A stretch of 64,000 bases of DNA, from assembly GCA_012026655.1 (NCBI GenBank), contig JAAILG010001610.1, positions 1 through 64,000 of the forward strand. Direction: 5' to 3'. The stretch comes from Hydrolagus affinis. Its lineage: Eukaryota. The notes below the pieces were generated by a model. That model searched no databases. It had not been told where the DNA came from and was given only the letters and a program-made list of their open reading frames with translations. The translations under genes were made by a program, and so were the position numbers. This document shows, piece after piece, positions 1 to 11,810 of the stretch. Each line of letters opens with the position of its first letter. Within the stretch, counting starts at the first letter, position 1.

Positions 1-99
1 TCTCCCCCCCCACCCCTTGCATACCTGTATATTATATTCGAGGATTATGAATACAATATGGCGGCTTTGCACCTCGGTCTGTGCATTGTGTATAGAGAT

Positions 100-244
100 G
101 AGCATTCTGGGTCTTGTAGTTCAGTGTGCGCGCATTCCAATTTTTTACCTCGATATATCGATATTTTTGAAATGCCCATATCGGCGTATCGATATGAAAA
201 TTATATTGGGTTTTAGCGATATATCGATATATCGCTGGACCCTA
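100..244. mobile_element. Terminal portion of a non-autonomous hAT-like DNA transposon (other end outside the window)
   Basis: Ends in ...CGATATATCGATATATCGCTGGACCCTA (reverse complement TAGGGTCCAGCGATATATCG) with repeated subterminal CGATAT/ATATCG motifs, the pattern of TAGGG-ended fish hAT non-autonomous elements. The left boundary is uncertain. Confidence 0.55.
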
Positions 245-1104
245 GTGTGCAGTAGTTGTTAGTTCATTGCACAGTTTGTTTTCCCTTTAAATTGCACCCC
301 CCAAACCCCCCCTACCCCCTTTCAGCAAAAATATGAAGATTTGCCTTTGGAGGCATCTATTAATCTTAGTCCATCTGTGCTTTTCGCTTGAATGCCTCGT
401 CACTGTTATTGCAACGCAATATTTGTTCATGACTTGATAAGTGATGTCCATCATTCAAAGCTGTGAGGTAGGGCTAGAAGGAGGAAATCTCCAGAGACAA
501 TGTCATGGCCTTGTAATCTTGTAGTTTCACTAGCCAAGTATTTTATATATCAGAGTTGTTCTGCCAGTAGATCTTGCTGTTTTGGGAACAATAGTTTGTT
601 CCATTGCACGGGCATTGTCCAAACAGTGCAGAGATGCTTTATTTTCTCCTTCTGTCAGGAGGAAGGGGTATTCTGGGGAGAAGAGATAGGGGATTCTATT
701 GGCATTTATATTGTGTGCTGGAATCCACAGGAATCACCTGGTCCCAGCTGTGGCTCAGAGCACAATCATACAATTACTGTAGAGGCTTGGCCGTTTGTGG
801 GACATTAATGTCTTCTTATGGTTGGCAAGTTTGCCTGCAAAATACAGTCACTACAATTTACAGTAAATCCTTTGAAGTGCTTTGAGATGTCCTGCCCAAC
901 ATGAAAGACAAATAAAAGAAAACATACAAAAAGAACTGCGCGTGCTAGAAATCTGAAAGTATCATAAATCCAAAGCATCTGAAAAAGATAATGGTTTTAG
1001 TCTGTTTTAGATGCAAATCCTATGTTCAATGCACACTGAATTAATAAATTTAGCAAAAGCAATTGGAATAGTTGTGAGATGTCCATTACTGTGAAATGAT
1101 GTCC

Positions 1105-1559
1105 CGCACTAGGCTCCGCGACCACATCACTCCCACCCTCGCCCGTTTCCACTGGTACCCCATCCTCCAGAGGATCCAATTCAAGATCCTCGTCCTCACT
1201 TTCAAGGCCATTCACAGCCTTGTTTCTACCTAACTCTCCAACCTGCTCCATGGCCCCCACCTGAACCGCCCTACCATCGGTGGCTGAGCTTTCAGCCTCT
1301 CTGTCCCCACACTCTGGAACTCCATCCTGCAATCCCTTAGCCTCGCTTCCTCCCTTCCCACTTTCAAGGCCGGTTTCAAGACCTTCCTCTTTGACCGTGC
1401 CTTCTGCTCCACTCCTAACTCTCCCCACTTTCCTACTCTCCTTCCCCCTGCCCCGACCCATCCCCCCTGCTCGGGTCCCGACCTAGCTGTTCAGCGCCTT
1501 GGGATGTCCTCCCGACGTGAAAGGTGCTCTATAAATGTAATTTTGTTGTTGTTGTTGCT
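1105..1559 (+). mobile_element. L2-clade LINE 3' fragment (family A, TTG tail)
   Basis: Degenerate ORF2 C-terminus (DHITPTL..HW.PI..RIQFKILVLTFKAIH), C-rich 3' UTR, 3' stem-loop and (TTG)n tail. Confidence 0.85.
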
Positions 1560-3544
1560 GCAATTTGAGATTGTTGCAGGACGTGGCACTGGTGGATGAT
1601 ATCGTTGTCTATGTGCTTATCCGTGAGTGTGTGTGTTCTTTGACATTCTCTTTAATACCATGTGTAAAAATAGCTTCATGAAATATTCATGATTCACACA
1701 ACAGAGTGAAGGCAGCATAGTCAGCATGAAAGTATTTTACTGCAATTTTGCTGGAAACTGGTTTCCACCATCAAACAAGAACCAAATGGATTGGTTAGTG
1801 AGCAGATTGCTCTCAAGATTTCAGGACTATATTTGTAATTTACCCAAAGAGGTTTTTATATAATACATATATAATCATTAGCGTTTTTCCCATGAATCTC
1901 TTGTATTCCTGGTGACTTTGATGGATGATGTTAATCTTTCACTGTGGAGCTGTTACTCCAGAATGAATATTCTTGTTGGAAGCTATGACCCTTTTCTATT
2001 GCAGGCGGAATAAATAGGATTGTTAACACATCTCCAGGGTGAAGGAATCTTGTACATGACCTTCCCCCTCTCCTTGTGTACCATGGATATTGTGTGAGGC
2101 GATCTCGTGTGAGACAGCGCAGTTTGTCAGAGCAGAAGCAATGATTAGGTATTATAAGGTGATGATTAAATTGCACAGTCTTTGGCTGTCATGGGACCCA
2201 GCAGAAACAAATTGCAAGGATTTGTCAATCTCCGTATGAATGAGCCACGCACACCAGTGCAGCCCGCATGGTTTGAGCCCAGTTCATTTCAATAAGATAA
2301 TTTTTAGGTTGAGCTTTGAGATGTCCTTCCAATGTAAAAGGGACTATGTGAATGTAATTTTGTTGTTGTTCAACATCGGACTTGACCATGTTAAGGGAGC
2401 ACCTTATTTGTTAATGGAAGACGGAGGGTTGAAGAGAAAGATATCAAACGGTCTGCATATGTTAAGAATAAAACGCTGAGCAGTCTAATTTGAAGGTCCA
2501 GAAGAATCTCTGTTGTACCATTGGAATTATAGGCAATTTTCATTCCTCAAAAGGAAATCAAAATCAAAACGCTATCATATCAAACCGCTAAATAAGTGCT
2601 TATCTTTCGATACTAATTACTGTATTTGAAAACTCTTCGGGTATTGTAATCTTACCAACTCTCCCTGATTCAGTTGGTAAACTGTTTTAGTCAACCAGCA
2701 TCATCTGATTGAAGCCTAATCTAATGTCTAGATATTAATATTTTGATTGCCTTTTATCTCAAAAATGTGATTCCCCAAAATACTGATTTAATCTTTAAAC
2801 ATTGACCATTAAACATTTTTTTTAAAAAGAAAGCAATTTCTGCAATAATCACATTTAAATGCATTTATTTGTTTGCTGTAACATTAATGGTGAAAGGGAT
2901 GTTGTTTTTCCAGACTGTTAAATTTCATGTAGTTCAAACTGAGCTTTATTAAAATAACCACGGTCTTTTGTAGCAGTTCAATGGTTAATACCGTACAAAC
3001 TGAAGGTTGTGGAGAGAGTACAGGCATAAAGCAAACTGTCCTCTGATCAGCCAAGTCTTTGCATTAGCAAATTTCATGGACCTGGGATCCAATGCAGTTT
3101 GGACTGCAGAGAAGACTGCTATAAAGAATCTTTGTAAAATCAGTTTTGTCAATTACTGCAAGTGTCAGTGATCTTGAGCTGCCTGCACTAATTGCCATTA
3201 AAATGCTCACCTCACTCAGAGTGGGTAGGTTTGGGAAATGGAAATGTCACAGTGGTGAGCATTAACAAGTGTTCTTTTTCAGCTTGGAGCTGAAGCATAC
3301 TTTTTGTTGCCGTGCCTGTGCTGCAATCCACCAGAGAGTGCTTTATACTGACAGTGAGCCATTTTCAAAGTTGGGCTCTTTCATAAACTTCACCAAATGT
3401 TCAGATTTTACCTGTGGATGAACGTGAACAGACAATTGGATTAGTAGAAATCTGGGGAAAAGCTGAAAGAATCGGAAAGCTTGTTAGAATTATAATAAAA
3501 TCATTATAAAGTGCTTCGCTATGAAGTGGGTTCCCTTGTAGTAT

Positions 3545-3665
3545 AAACGCAAAATACTGCAGATGCTGGAATTGTCTGAAACAAAAACAGTAACCGCTGG
3601 AAACACTCAGCAGGTCAGGCAGCATCTATGGAGAAAGGAAAAGTGTGTCAACGTTTTGGGTCCGT
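3545..3665 (-). mobile_element. Penelope-like element terminal-repeat fragment
   Basis: Reverse complement matches the 3' terminus of the PLE copies at 46613-46724 and 54002-54115; it stops within hammerhead stem II. Confidence 0.7.
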
Positions 3666-4923
3666 GGAATGTGGAATTACCGCCTGTAATCACTCTCCAG
3701 TTATAGTGGAATTTTATGACCCAACTATCGAATTATAACAGCTCAACTGTGTCTCGCTTTCTTTTCATAGTTATGCTCATAAATATACAGCCAATTCGCT
3801 TTACAGTATATTCTGTGAAATTCTTTGAGATGTCTTATGGATGTGATAAAGCGCTATATCAAATGCAAGGATTATTATTATAAATGTTGTTTCTGTCCCG
3901 CGGCCTCCTTGGCTGACCAGAAGACCTGAAAAGCGTTGTATCAAAGGCAATGATTATTATTATAGTCCAGATCTGAATTGTTCAAAATAGTAGCTTTCAA
4001 AGGACACCCAAATGAGGCAAGAGCTAGTCTGGAAATCTCCTTAATACTGTAGTATGTTTCATATTTTAATGTGGGACAGAAGTTATCAATATTCTTGATT
4101 TATCTTTCAAAGCAATGTCGCCAAAATGCCATGCTCGTGAATGTGAACATTGTCCCATCTCCAGTGCAATGTTTTTCTATTAAATTAGTCAGAACAATTA
4201 GGGCAGCATTAAAGCCTCTCATCAGCTCTGAGGTGGAAATCACTGCCATTAACTATTAACGCAATTAATGATCAAACCCCAACACTTATTTGCATGGAAG
4301 GCCAAATAAAAGATGCACTTGTGACATCCTTAACGTCCCTCAGTCCCTTAATGTGCCTTGTTGGATCCTTAGAAATCAGTGTGTTGATGCTGTGAATGGA
4401 ATGTATTTATATTAGAGGCCTTGTTAGAGGACATGTAAGACATTCAATACTCAGGTGTTTAGAAATACTGAACAGCAAACTCCTGAGGGTGACTTGACCC
4501 TGACATAACCTGTCACTGACACTTAAATCATCAAACTGTCAATATCCCAATTGCATTTATTTGTGTATTTATACATTGCCGAACTCTCCACTCCAGATAA
4601 CTGATCACTGAGCCCTTTTTCCTGAGTTACCAGGAGGTTAGTAGAATATTTTGTACAGCAAGCGGCATATTTTTGTTCAACGCTTTAAATAAACTGGTAA
4701 CCTGAATCTCTTTTTGATAGATCTGTTCTCTTTTATAATTTATCTGTGAGGTATTTTAATATCAGTATCAGCAAAACTACTCCATTGATTTAAAAGCCAA
4801 ATTGTGTGTCGTGTCAACAATTAACCTATTAACCTAATCACTAATTTGGGGCAGTTCTATTCACCAATTCAGATAGATTTTACACAGCAGGACAGTGAAA
4901 AAACTGCTAACTAAGTTACAGAC

Positions 4924-7140
4924 CAACAGCAACATCAAAATTACATTTGTATAACTTTCAAGTTATACAAATGCCTTTCAAGTTGGTAGGACATCCCAAG
5001 GCGCTGAACAGTCAGTGTTTTGGACCCAAGCTAGGGTCGAGATCGGGGGGTTGGAGGGGAGGGAAAGGTGGGTGACCGATGACATGGCCAAAGAGGAGGG
5101 TCTTGAGGTGTGACTTGAAGGAGGCTAGGGAGGGGGATAGGTGGAGGGATTGCGGAATGGAATTCCAAAGGTTGGGCGCAGAATGGCTGAAGGCTTGCCC
5201 TCTGATGGTGGGGCAGGTGGGTCGGGGACTTGGAGCAAGCCAGAGCCCACTGAGCAGTGGGAGCAGACAGTGTGGTAAGCGTTTAGGAGGTCGCAGAGGT
5301 AGAGTGGGGCAAAGCCATGGAGGGCTTTAAAGGTGAGAACCAAAATGTTGAATTGAATCCTCTGAGTGACAAGAAGCCAATGGAGTCAGGCAAGCATGGG
5401 GGTGATAGGGTCGCGGAGCTTGGAGTGATAGAGGATATGGCTGCAGAGTTCTGGATGATCTGCACCCCATGGAGGGAAGAGTTGGAGAGGCTGACAAGCA
5501 GGGCATTGAATTAGTCAAGCCTAGACATGATGAAGGTATGAATGAGAATTTCAGTGGCCTGAGAGGTGAGGTAGTGGCGCAGTCGAGCAATGTTGCAGAC
5601 GTGAGGGAAGCAGATCGGGTCATGGTATGTATGTGGGGGAGGAAAGATGGTTGAGGATCGAACAAGAACCCAGGTTCTTGACCAGCTTGGTGAGGTGGAG
5701 TGTGCAACCATGGAAGTTGATGCTGCCAGTGCCTGAGCTATGGAGGTGCTGGCTTGAACCAATCAGGGTGGGCCTCGGTCTTGTTGACATTCAACTGTTG
5801 AAAGTTAGCTCTCATCCATGACTTGATGTCCAACAGGCAGTCTGTCAGGACAGCAGTGGTCTTGGAATCATGGGTGGAAGCGGAAAGATAGAATTGGGTG
5901 TCGTCCGCATACATAAGGAAGTTTGTGAATGATGTCACCAAGCATTTAAATGTTAAAAAGAGAGCCCTCGGGGACGCCACATGCGACAATGCAGGGGCTC
6001 GAGAAGAAGCCATTAGTAGCGACAAAGTGGAGACAGTGGAATAGGTAAGATTCGAACCAGGCAAGGACAGGTCTGCGCAGTTTGAGCTGAGAGGAGAGGC
6101 AGTATAGGAAGGTGGAGTCATTGACAGTGTCGAAGGCAGCAGAGAGGTCAAGGAGGCAGAGAGAGACCTGGTCGCAGATGTTTAGAATGTCATTAGATAC
6201 TTTGATCCAGTCTGTTTCCCTGCTGTGGGCAAATGGAAGCCAGATTGGAGGGAATGGAGGGAAAGAAAAGAGTGAAGCTAGGAAGTAACGACTCATTCCA
6301 GGGCCTAGGAGAGGAATGGGAGGTTGGAGATGGGGTGGTAGCTAGACAGGGATGGGTCCAGCAAAGTTTTTCTCAGGTTGGGGGTGATGACAGCTGTTAT
6401 TAGGTGGTGGGTTCAGTGCTAGTGGATAAGGAGAGGTTGATTATGTTAGTTAGGAGAGGAGCCAGGATGTGGAGCTGGGAAGTGAGGAGAGAGGTGGGGA
6501 TGGTCGAGGGTGCACATGGTTAGCTTGATTTTGGAAATGTTGGAGGTGAGGGAGGTGGGAGAGATAGAGTTGGAGGGGTATAGGAGTGATAGGTGGGGGG
6601 AGTCATAGGGGAGAGGTAATGAGGGGGTCATAGTGGACACGGTAAAGGTGGCTGAATGGACCTCCTCAATTTTGGATTTGAGGAAGTCCAGCATTTCCTC
6701 GCAATTGGAGGAGAGGATGGGTGAGGCTTGGGAAGATGGATGGAGGAGGCAATTAGTAGTGGAGAAGGGGGCATGGGGTTGTCCTTGGCCTCCACCATTA
6801 TCTTGGAGTAGAAGGAAAATTTGGTACAGGCGAGGGCGGAGCAGTAGATCTTGGTGTGATCAAGCCAAATCTGCCAATGGACTGTTAGTTTGGATTTGGT
6901 CCAGGTGCATTTGGCGGCTCTCATGTGCCTTGAGGGATCGGAGATGGCTGGTGTGTTTAAGGGAATATGAAGCGGTTCAAGAAGTGAGGGGTCAAGGATA
7001 GAGGAGACAGAGTTGTGTAGAAAAGAGAGCGAAGTGGATAGGTCGGTCTGTGATGGCTAGAGGGGCAGGAGGTCAGATGACTCCAGGGCAGCGGAGAGGG
7101 TTCGAGTAGAGGAAAGGGGTACTGAGATGTTAAGGGAGAT
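4924..7140 (-). mobile_element. Long 5'-truncated degenerate L2-clade LINE (family A) including RT
   Basis: Minus-strand ORF fragments LLDLSAAFDTV, WFESYL, GVPEGS, MYADDTQFYL, WMRANFQQLNVNKTEA with frameshifts; (CAA)n tail at 4924. Confidence 0.9.
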
Positions 7141-10100
7141 GAATGCAGCACTGATTGCACTGCATCACTTATCCCTGGGATGTACAAATTATCTCCCTTC
7201 TCAAGACTTGTGTGGATTGAAGCGAAAGAGTGTTACAATGCTGGAATTAGTGGAACTGAGAGGAGGTGTTGATAAGCATCTGGCATGAAAAAAGCTGCAT
7301 TACTCAATGCGGTCCTGATTTCAAAAAGGACATGTTCCTTCATTGGCGTTTCATTGGCACTCCATGGCGCTACCCTGTGTGAAGAATGCAAATTTTTGGC
7401 ATGTTCACAGTATAAACAGAGAAACATTTTTATAGCAGCTTTTCATACTGAAATGTCAAAGTCCCTTCCAGAAATGATTGTCAATGATAAGCCATTTTTG
7501 TGCGCATAGGTAAGGATGGCAGCTGTTTAACCAAGTTCTCATAAAGATCCATGAAGTGAATTAAATCTATTTGGAGTTTGTTACTACACACTACGGATCA
7601 ATACTGAGTAGTAATTGCGGTGACTATGAGGAGACATTTAATCTTTTGTCCATTCTCTACGGTCTGTATTCTACAGACTGTTGTCTACAGGCTGTTGTTA
7701 AAGCAGTTTGCCGGTTACTTCACAACAACTTGCATTTAAATAACGCTCCTCAATCAGTGAAGCTTCTCAGAGAGTTTTAACATGTGGCTCAAAATTTGGA
7801 CTCGGATATTGGCAAATTTTAAGCATGTTTATTATGTATTTGTTGTTTACATTGGAGTACAAGATCACAAAAAACACTTGGGTGAAGTAATTCCTTCTGC
7901 CCATTCTTCCAGAATACTCACCCACGCAGCTAGAAATTGTTTTTTTTTAATTGAGTCCAATATCCTGGCCTCAATCCTCATTGCTGGCAACCCGCTTCAG
8001 TCATTAATTACCCGGTGGGTAAAAAAATACTTCCTGATGTCTCTCCCTTTTGCAGCTCTGAACCTGTTCTCCTCTTGTTCTGCTGGTGTAAACTAATATA
8101 AAACTGTTTTTGATAAGCTTGTAGTAGGTTCTGGAAGTGGCTAAATTTCACAAGAATCGTATAGTTCCCTGTCAATGGAATATTGTAGAAGGTTGATTGT
8201 TGCTCTAAGAGGAAATGGATTTTGTCCTCATTGCTCTGGCTGTTTTAAATGCTTGGCTGTTTCAGACTCAGACTGGTGGCAGTATGGCTACATGGGAGAA
8301 CACTTCCTATTTAACACTCTATTTAACACTCGATGCTCTCTAGCAATGCTAAGGAAGGGAAACAAGCTGAGCTTAACACATTCTTCTCATTACATTCCAG
8401 TTGACCTACTGTAGATTTTCAGCATTTTCTGATTTTATTCCATGTGCCACCATTCGCCACTGTTAACTCTATCGCCAGAAAATGAAAACTATTCAGTAAA
8501 AACCCTTGTGTTCTGCGATCTCATAGAAATATTGAACCAGAATTTTACTGCCCAGAAGAAAACCATTTGACCATCTGGCAGTATTTCCCTATCTCTGCTG
8601 AAAATTGAAGAGAGTTATGTTAATTTATTTCTGAATCCATCAACATGCATTATGGCCATTATTAATATCCCATCGTAAACATTCAAAATCATCTCCGGAC
8701 AGAACTGTGTTAATTTTTCCTTGATGAACTTTGATCCCTTTTAACTGCGTGTGTCCCTTCTAGCAACGAGCAGTGTCTGGCGTTGTAAGTAGAGAATGTC
8801 CTTTTGCCAACTGCAAAGCTTGCATGCTCTGTGACACTTGCAGAGCTTGTTTTCAGCAATATTCCTCCGCTAAACTTGATGAAGCTCAATTAAGGAATTC
8901 CATGAATATATTAAAATGGGAAAAATTATTATGGTTTTTGATTTCCTAATAAAGCTGCTGAACCTCTGAGAGAATTATTAACTGAATTAAAATGAGCTCC
9001 AGACTCCAGCAGAAGAATCATTCATTATGAAAAGATTTAATTGAGAACAATAACACATGTACAGAGTGCCTTAAAGAACTTAGCAATACAAACAGTGGAC
9101 ACACAGCATGCAGTAAGAGTTTAGAGGTGGCCAGAGCAAGGCACAGTCAAAGAGATGGGTCTTCAGTAGTGTTTTGAAAATGGGTTAGAGAAAATGTACG
9201 GAAAAATGTTTTTGGTGGTGAGTTTCAGACAGTGGGAACTGGCTCCCTGAAAGGACTCGGGATTTTCAGGTAAAATTAGGATTTGGCATAAAACTGAATT
9301 TAAAAACTTTGTCAGGCCTTAACCAAGAGGGTGGGAATTAGTTAGTGATTGGCTACCGCAGCTGACATTCATCGGGGAGGCTGGGCTGTAAGAGATTATT
9401 GGCCTGTCCAAGCTGTCACTCACCCAGATTTTGGGGTGATGGATATGGGGCCACTCAGCAGATTTCCCATACAGCCGGTTTACTCTGGGTTCAGAAGTAG
9501 AGCGGTGGCTTTGTTACTGAGGTGTTGGTTGGTATCTGGAGCTCTCTGGATGTGATCTGAGGAGCCTGGGGTAAACTCAGTCCTGACTGGAGGTCACATT
9601 GAGCCAAAATCTCATAAATCGGCCTGAGGTGAATTGAATTCCCTTAAATATCACACCTGGCTCTTTGTCCCGTGTGACCTTGTTTTTTATCCTAGGTGTG
9701 CATTTTCAGCCCAAACATGAAATAAAAAATAGCCGTCTTTCATGTTAAATGTTGTCTAGTCGTACTTTATTGTTCAGCCTTCTCTAAAGCATTTCCTGAC
9801 AATTTAGTATTAGGCAGTTGTCTGATGTGGGTTCAAGCCTAGTAGGAACTGTTTTCAAAATGCACCAAATTTATTTTACACAAAACCCTTAAAATTCGTA
9901 CAACAGCAAGTTGCACTTATATCGTGCCCTCCATTCAGAGTAGTGTCTCAGAGCGCTTGAAATTAACTCTTTGCTAATATAGTTAATTTCTAATAAATTT
10001 ATTTTTATAAAGCAATTCTAAGCATTACCCAAGTACTGTACAAATTAACTGCCCTGATTGATAATTCAGTTTATTTCTGAGGAATGTTTCTATGAAACAA

Positions 10101-10340
10101 TTCTAGGTACTGTATTTCCTGTACATCCAACCAAGAGAGAGGGGAGACTTTCATCCCTCCAATTCTGGACTGTATTTGAGCCCAGATCCCAGTGATCACA
10201 CGGACCATTATTTAATTTTGTCCTGTTTAATTTTACAATTCTATTGCTAATAAATTTTGAAACACAATTATCGACGGTTGTAGAATTGCCAAATGTTTTC
10301 TCATCAATAACTTACCATTTTTCCATTTTGTGCTGTGTAG

Positions 10341-10510
10341 TTTTTGAAGAGCCCGAGGACCCCAGTAATCGATCGTTCTTCTCCGAGATCATCTCCTCGA
10401 TATCGGACGTGAAGTTCAGCCACAGTGGCCGCTACATGATGACGAGAGATTACCTCACTGTCAAAGTCTGGGACTTAAATATGGAGAACAGGCCCATAGA
10501 AACATACCAG
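10341..10510 (+). CDS. PPP2R2B: PP2A regulatory subunit B55-beta, antepenultimate coding exon (170 bp)
   Basis: tgtgtag| acceptor and CAG|gtacgt donor; encodes [56 protein letters not shown], recognisable B55 WD40 sequence. Confidence 0.96.
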
Positions 10511-11274
10511 GTACGTGTCTCAATGCACGTCAGGGGAAGATTTACAGCTGGCAGGTTGGTAGGTATCGGGAGCCAATCAGGGCACTTGGGAAATTTCCCA
10601 TGTAGCCAGTCTGCCTCTGGCCAGTCATCTATCCAATATTTCAGCCAACTTTCTAAGCTATGAGAATGAACATTCAGTCCGTTTCCCTCTGGGCAACAAA
10701 GAAATCCTGCACTTAAAGTACCTTGTGCGGTCCTGGTCACTGCAAAATAAGGCAGCCACTGAGGTTTTGCAGATAATACAGGAGGCAGAGGTGAGTTGGA
10801 TCCATCATCTCTGTGATGAGCCATGGGCATAATCGAGGGTTCGTCAGCCTGGAATAGAGACACCTGAGAGAAGATCTTGTGCAAATGTTTATTGGGATCA
10901 ACAAAACATACCTAGAAAAATACTGTCAGATACAGTACACCAAAACAGTATGAAATGAGTGCACAGGTTCATTGTTGTGAGGGACAAATTTAGCACAGGA
11001 AGTAATTGTTAACGCAGAAGGTAGAATGCTGCTGAAGGGAAATTGTATAATAAAAGTGCTGGAGACCAACCGGTGTGTTGCTGGAAAGGAGATAAAGGAA
11101 AACTATATAAATCATCATAATAATAATAGATCATGTCTGACCCTATTTACCTGTGGGCCTGAAATGGTAGTGCACCAAATCTCAAATAGTGGGCAAAGGG
11201 AGTGAAGGAGGCCGCTGCACATGACCAAGATAAATTGGGTTTAGTATCTCACTTTGTGCTTTAAGATGGTGTAT

Positions 11275-11810
11275 CATAGAACTACGCAGCACAGAAGGAG
11301 GCCATTCTGTCCATCCCGTTTGTTCTGGCTCTTTGGAAAGAGTTGTCCAAATCAATCCCAATTCCCCACTCTCTCCCCATAGTCCTGCAAACTTGTCCTC
11401 CCCAAATAATTATCTACTTCTCACTTAAAAGAAGTTATCAAATCAGTTTCCCTTTCATGCGATTCATTCCAGATTCAAACAAGTCACTGTATGGAAATAT
11501 TCTCCTCATTTACCTATTTTAAATCGGTGCCCTCGGTTACCCACCCATTCACCAGTGGAAACAGCTTCTCCTTGTTCACCCTATCAAATCCCCTCATTGT
11601 TTTGAAAACGTCTATAAAGTTTCCTCTTAACTTTCTCTGCTCCAAGGAGAATAATCCTAGCTTCACTTTCACTCCTGATAACTGAAGCCCTCATTCCTGG
11701 TACCATCCTGGTAAATCTCCTTTGCACCCTCTCCAATGCCTTGACATCCTTCCTAAAGTGTGGAGCCCAGAACTGAACCCAGTACTCTGGCTGAGGTCTA
11801 ACCAATTCAA
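11275..11810 (-). mobile_element. CR1 LINE 3' fragment
   Basis: Minus [36 protein letters not shown] is a CR1 ORF2 C-terminal motif; the 3' UTR ends GAATGGCCTCCTTCTGTGCTG...TTCTATG. Confidence 0.85.

Noticed and set aside
1-10340. Additional upstream PPP2R2B exons
   Set aside because: No B55-like peptide recognised; earlier exons presumably lie before the window, although a small exon could be missed by eye.
10244-10663. Whole 139-aa ORF (and 16961-17437, 62946-63167) as complete proteins
   Set aside because: Only the splice-site-bounded parts match known proteins; the extensions are intronic read-through.
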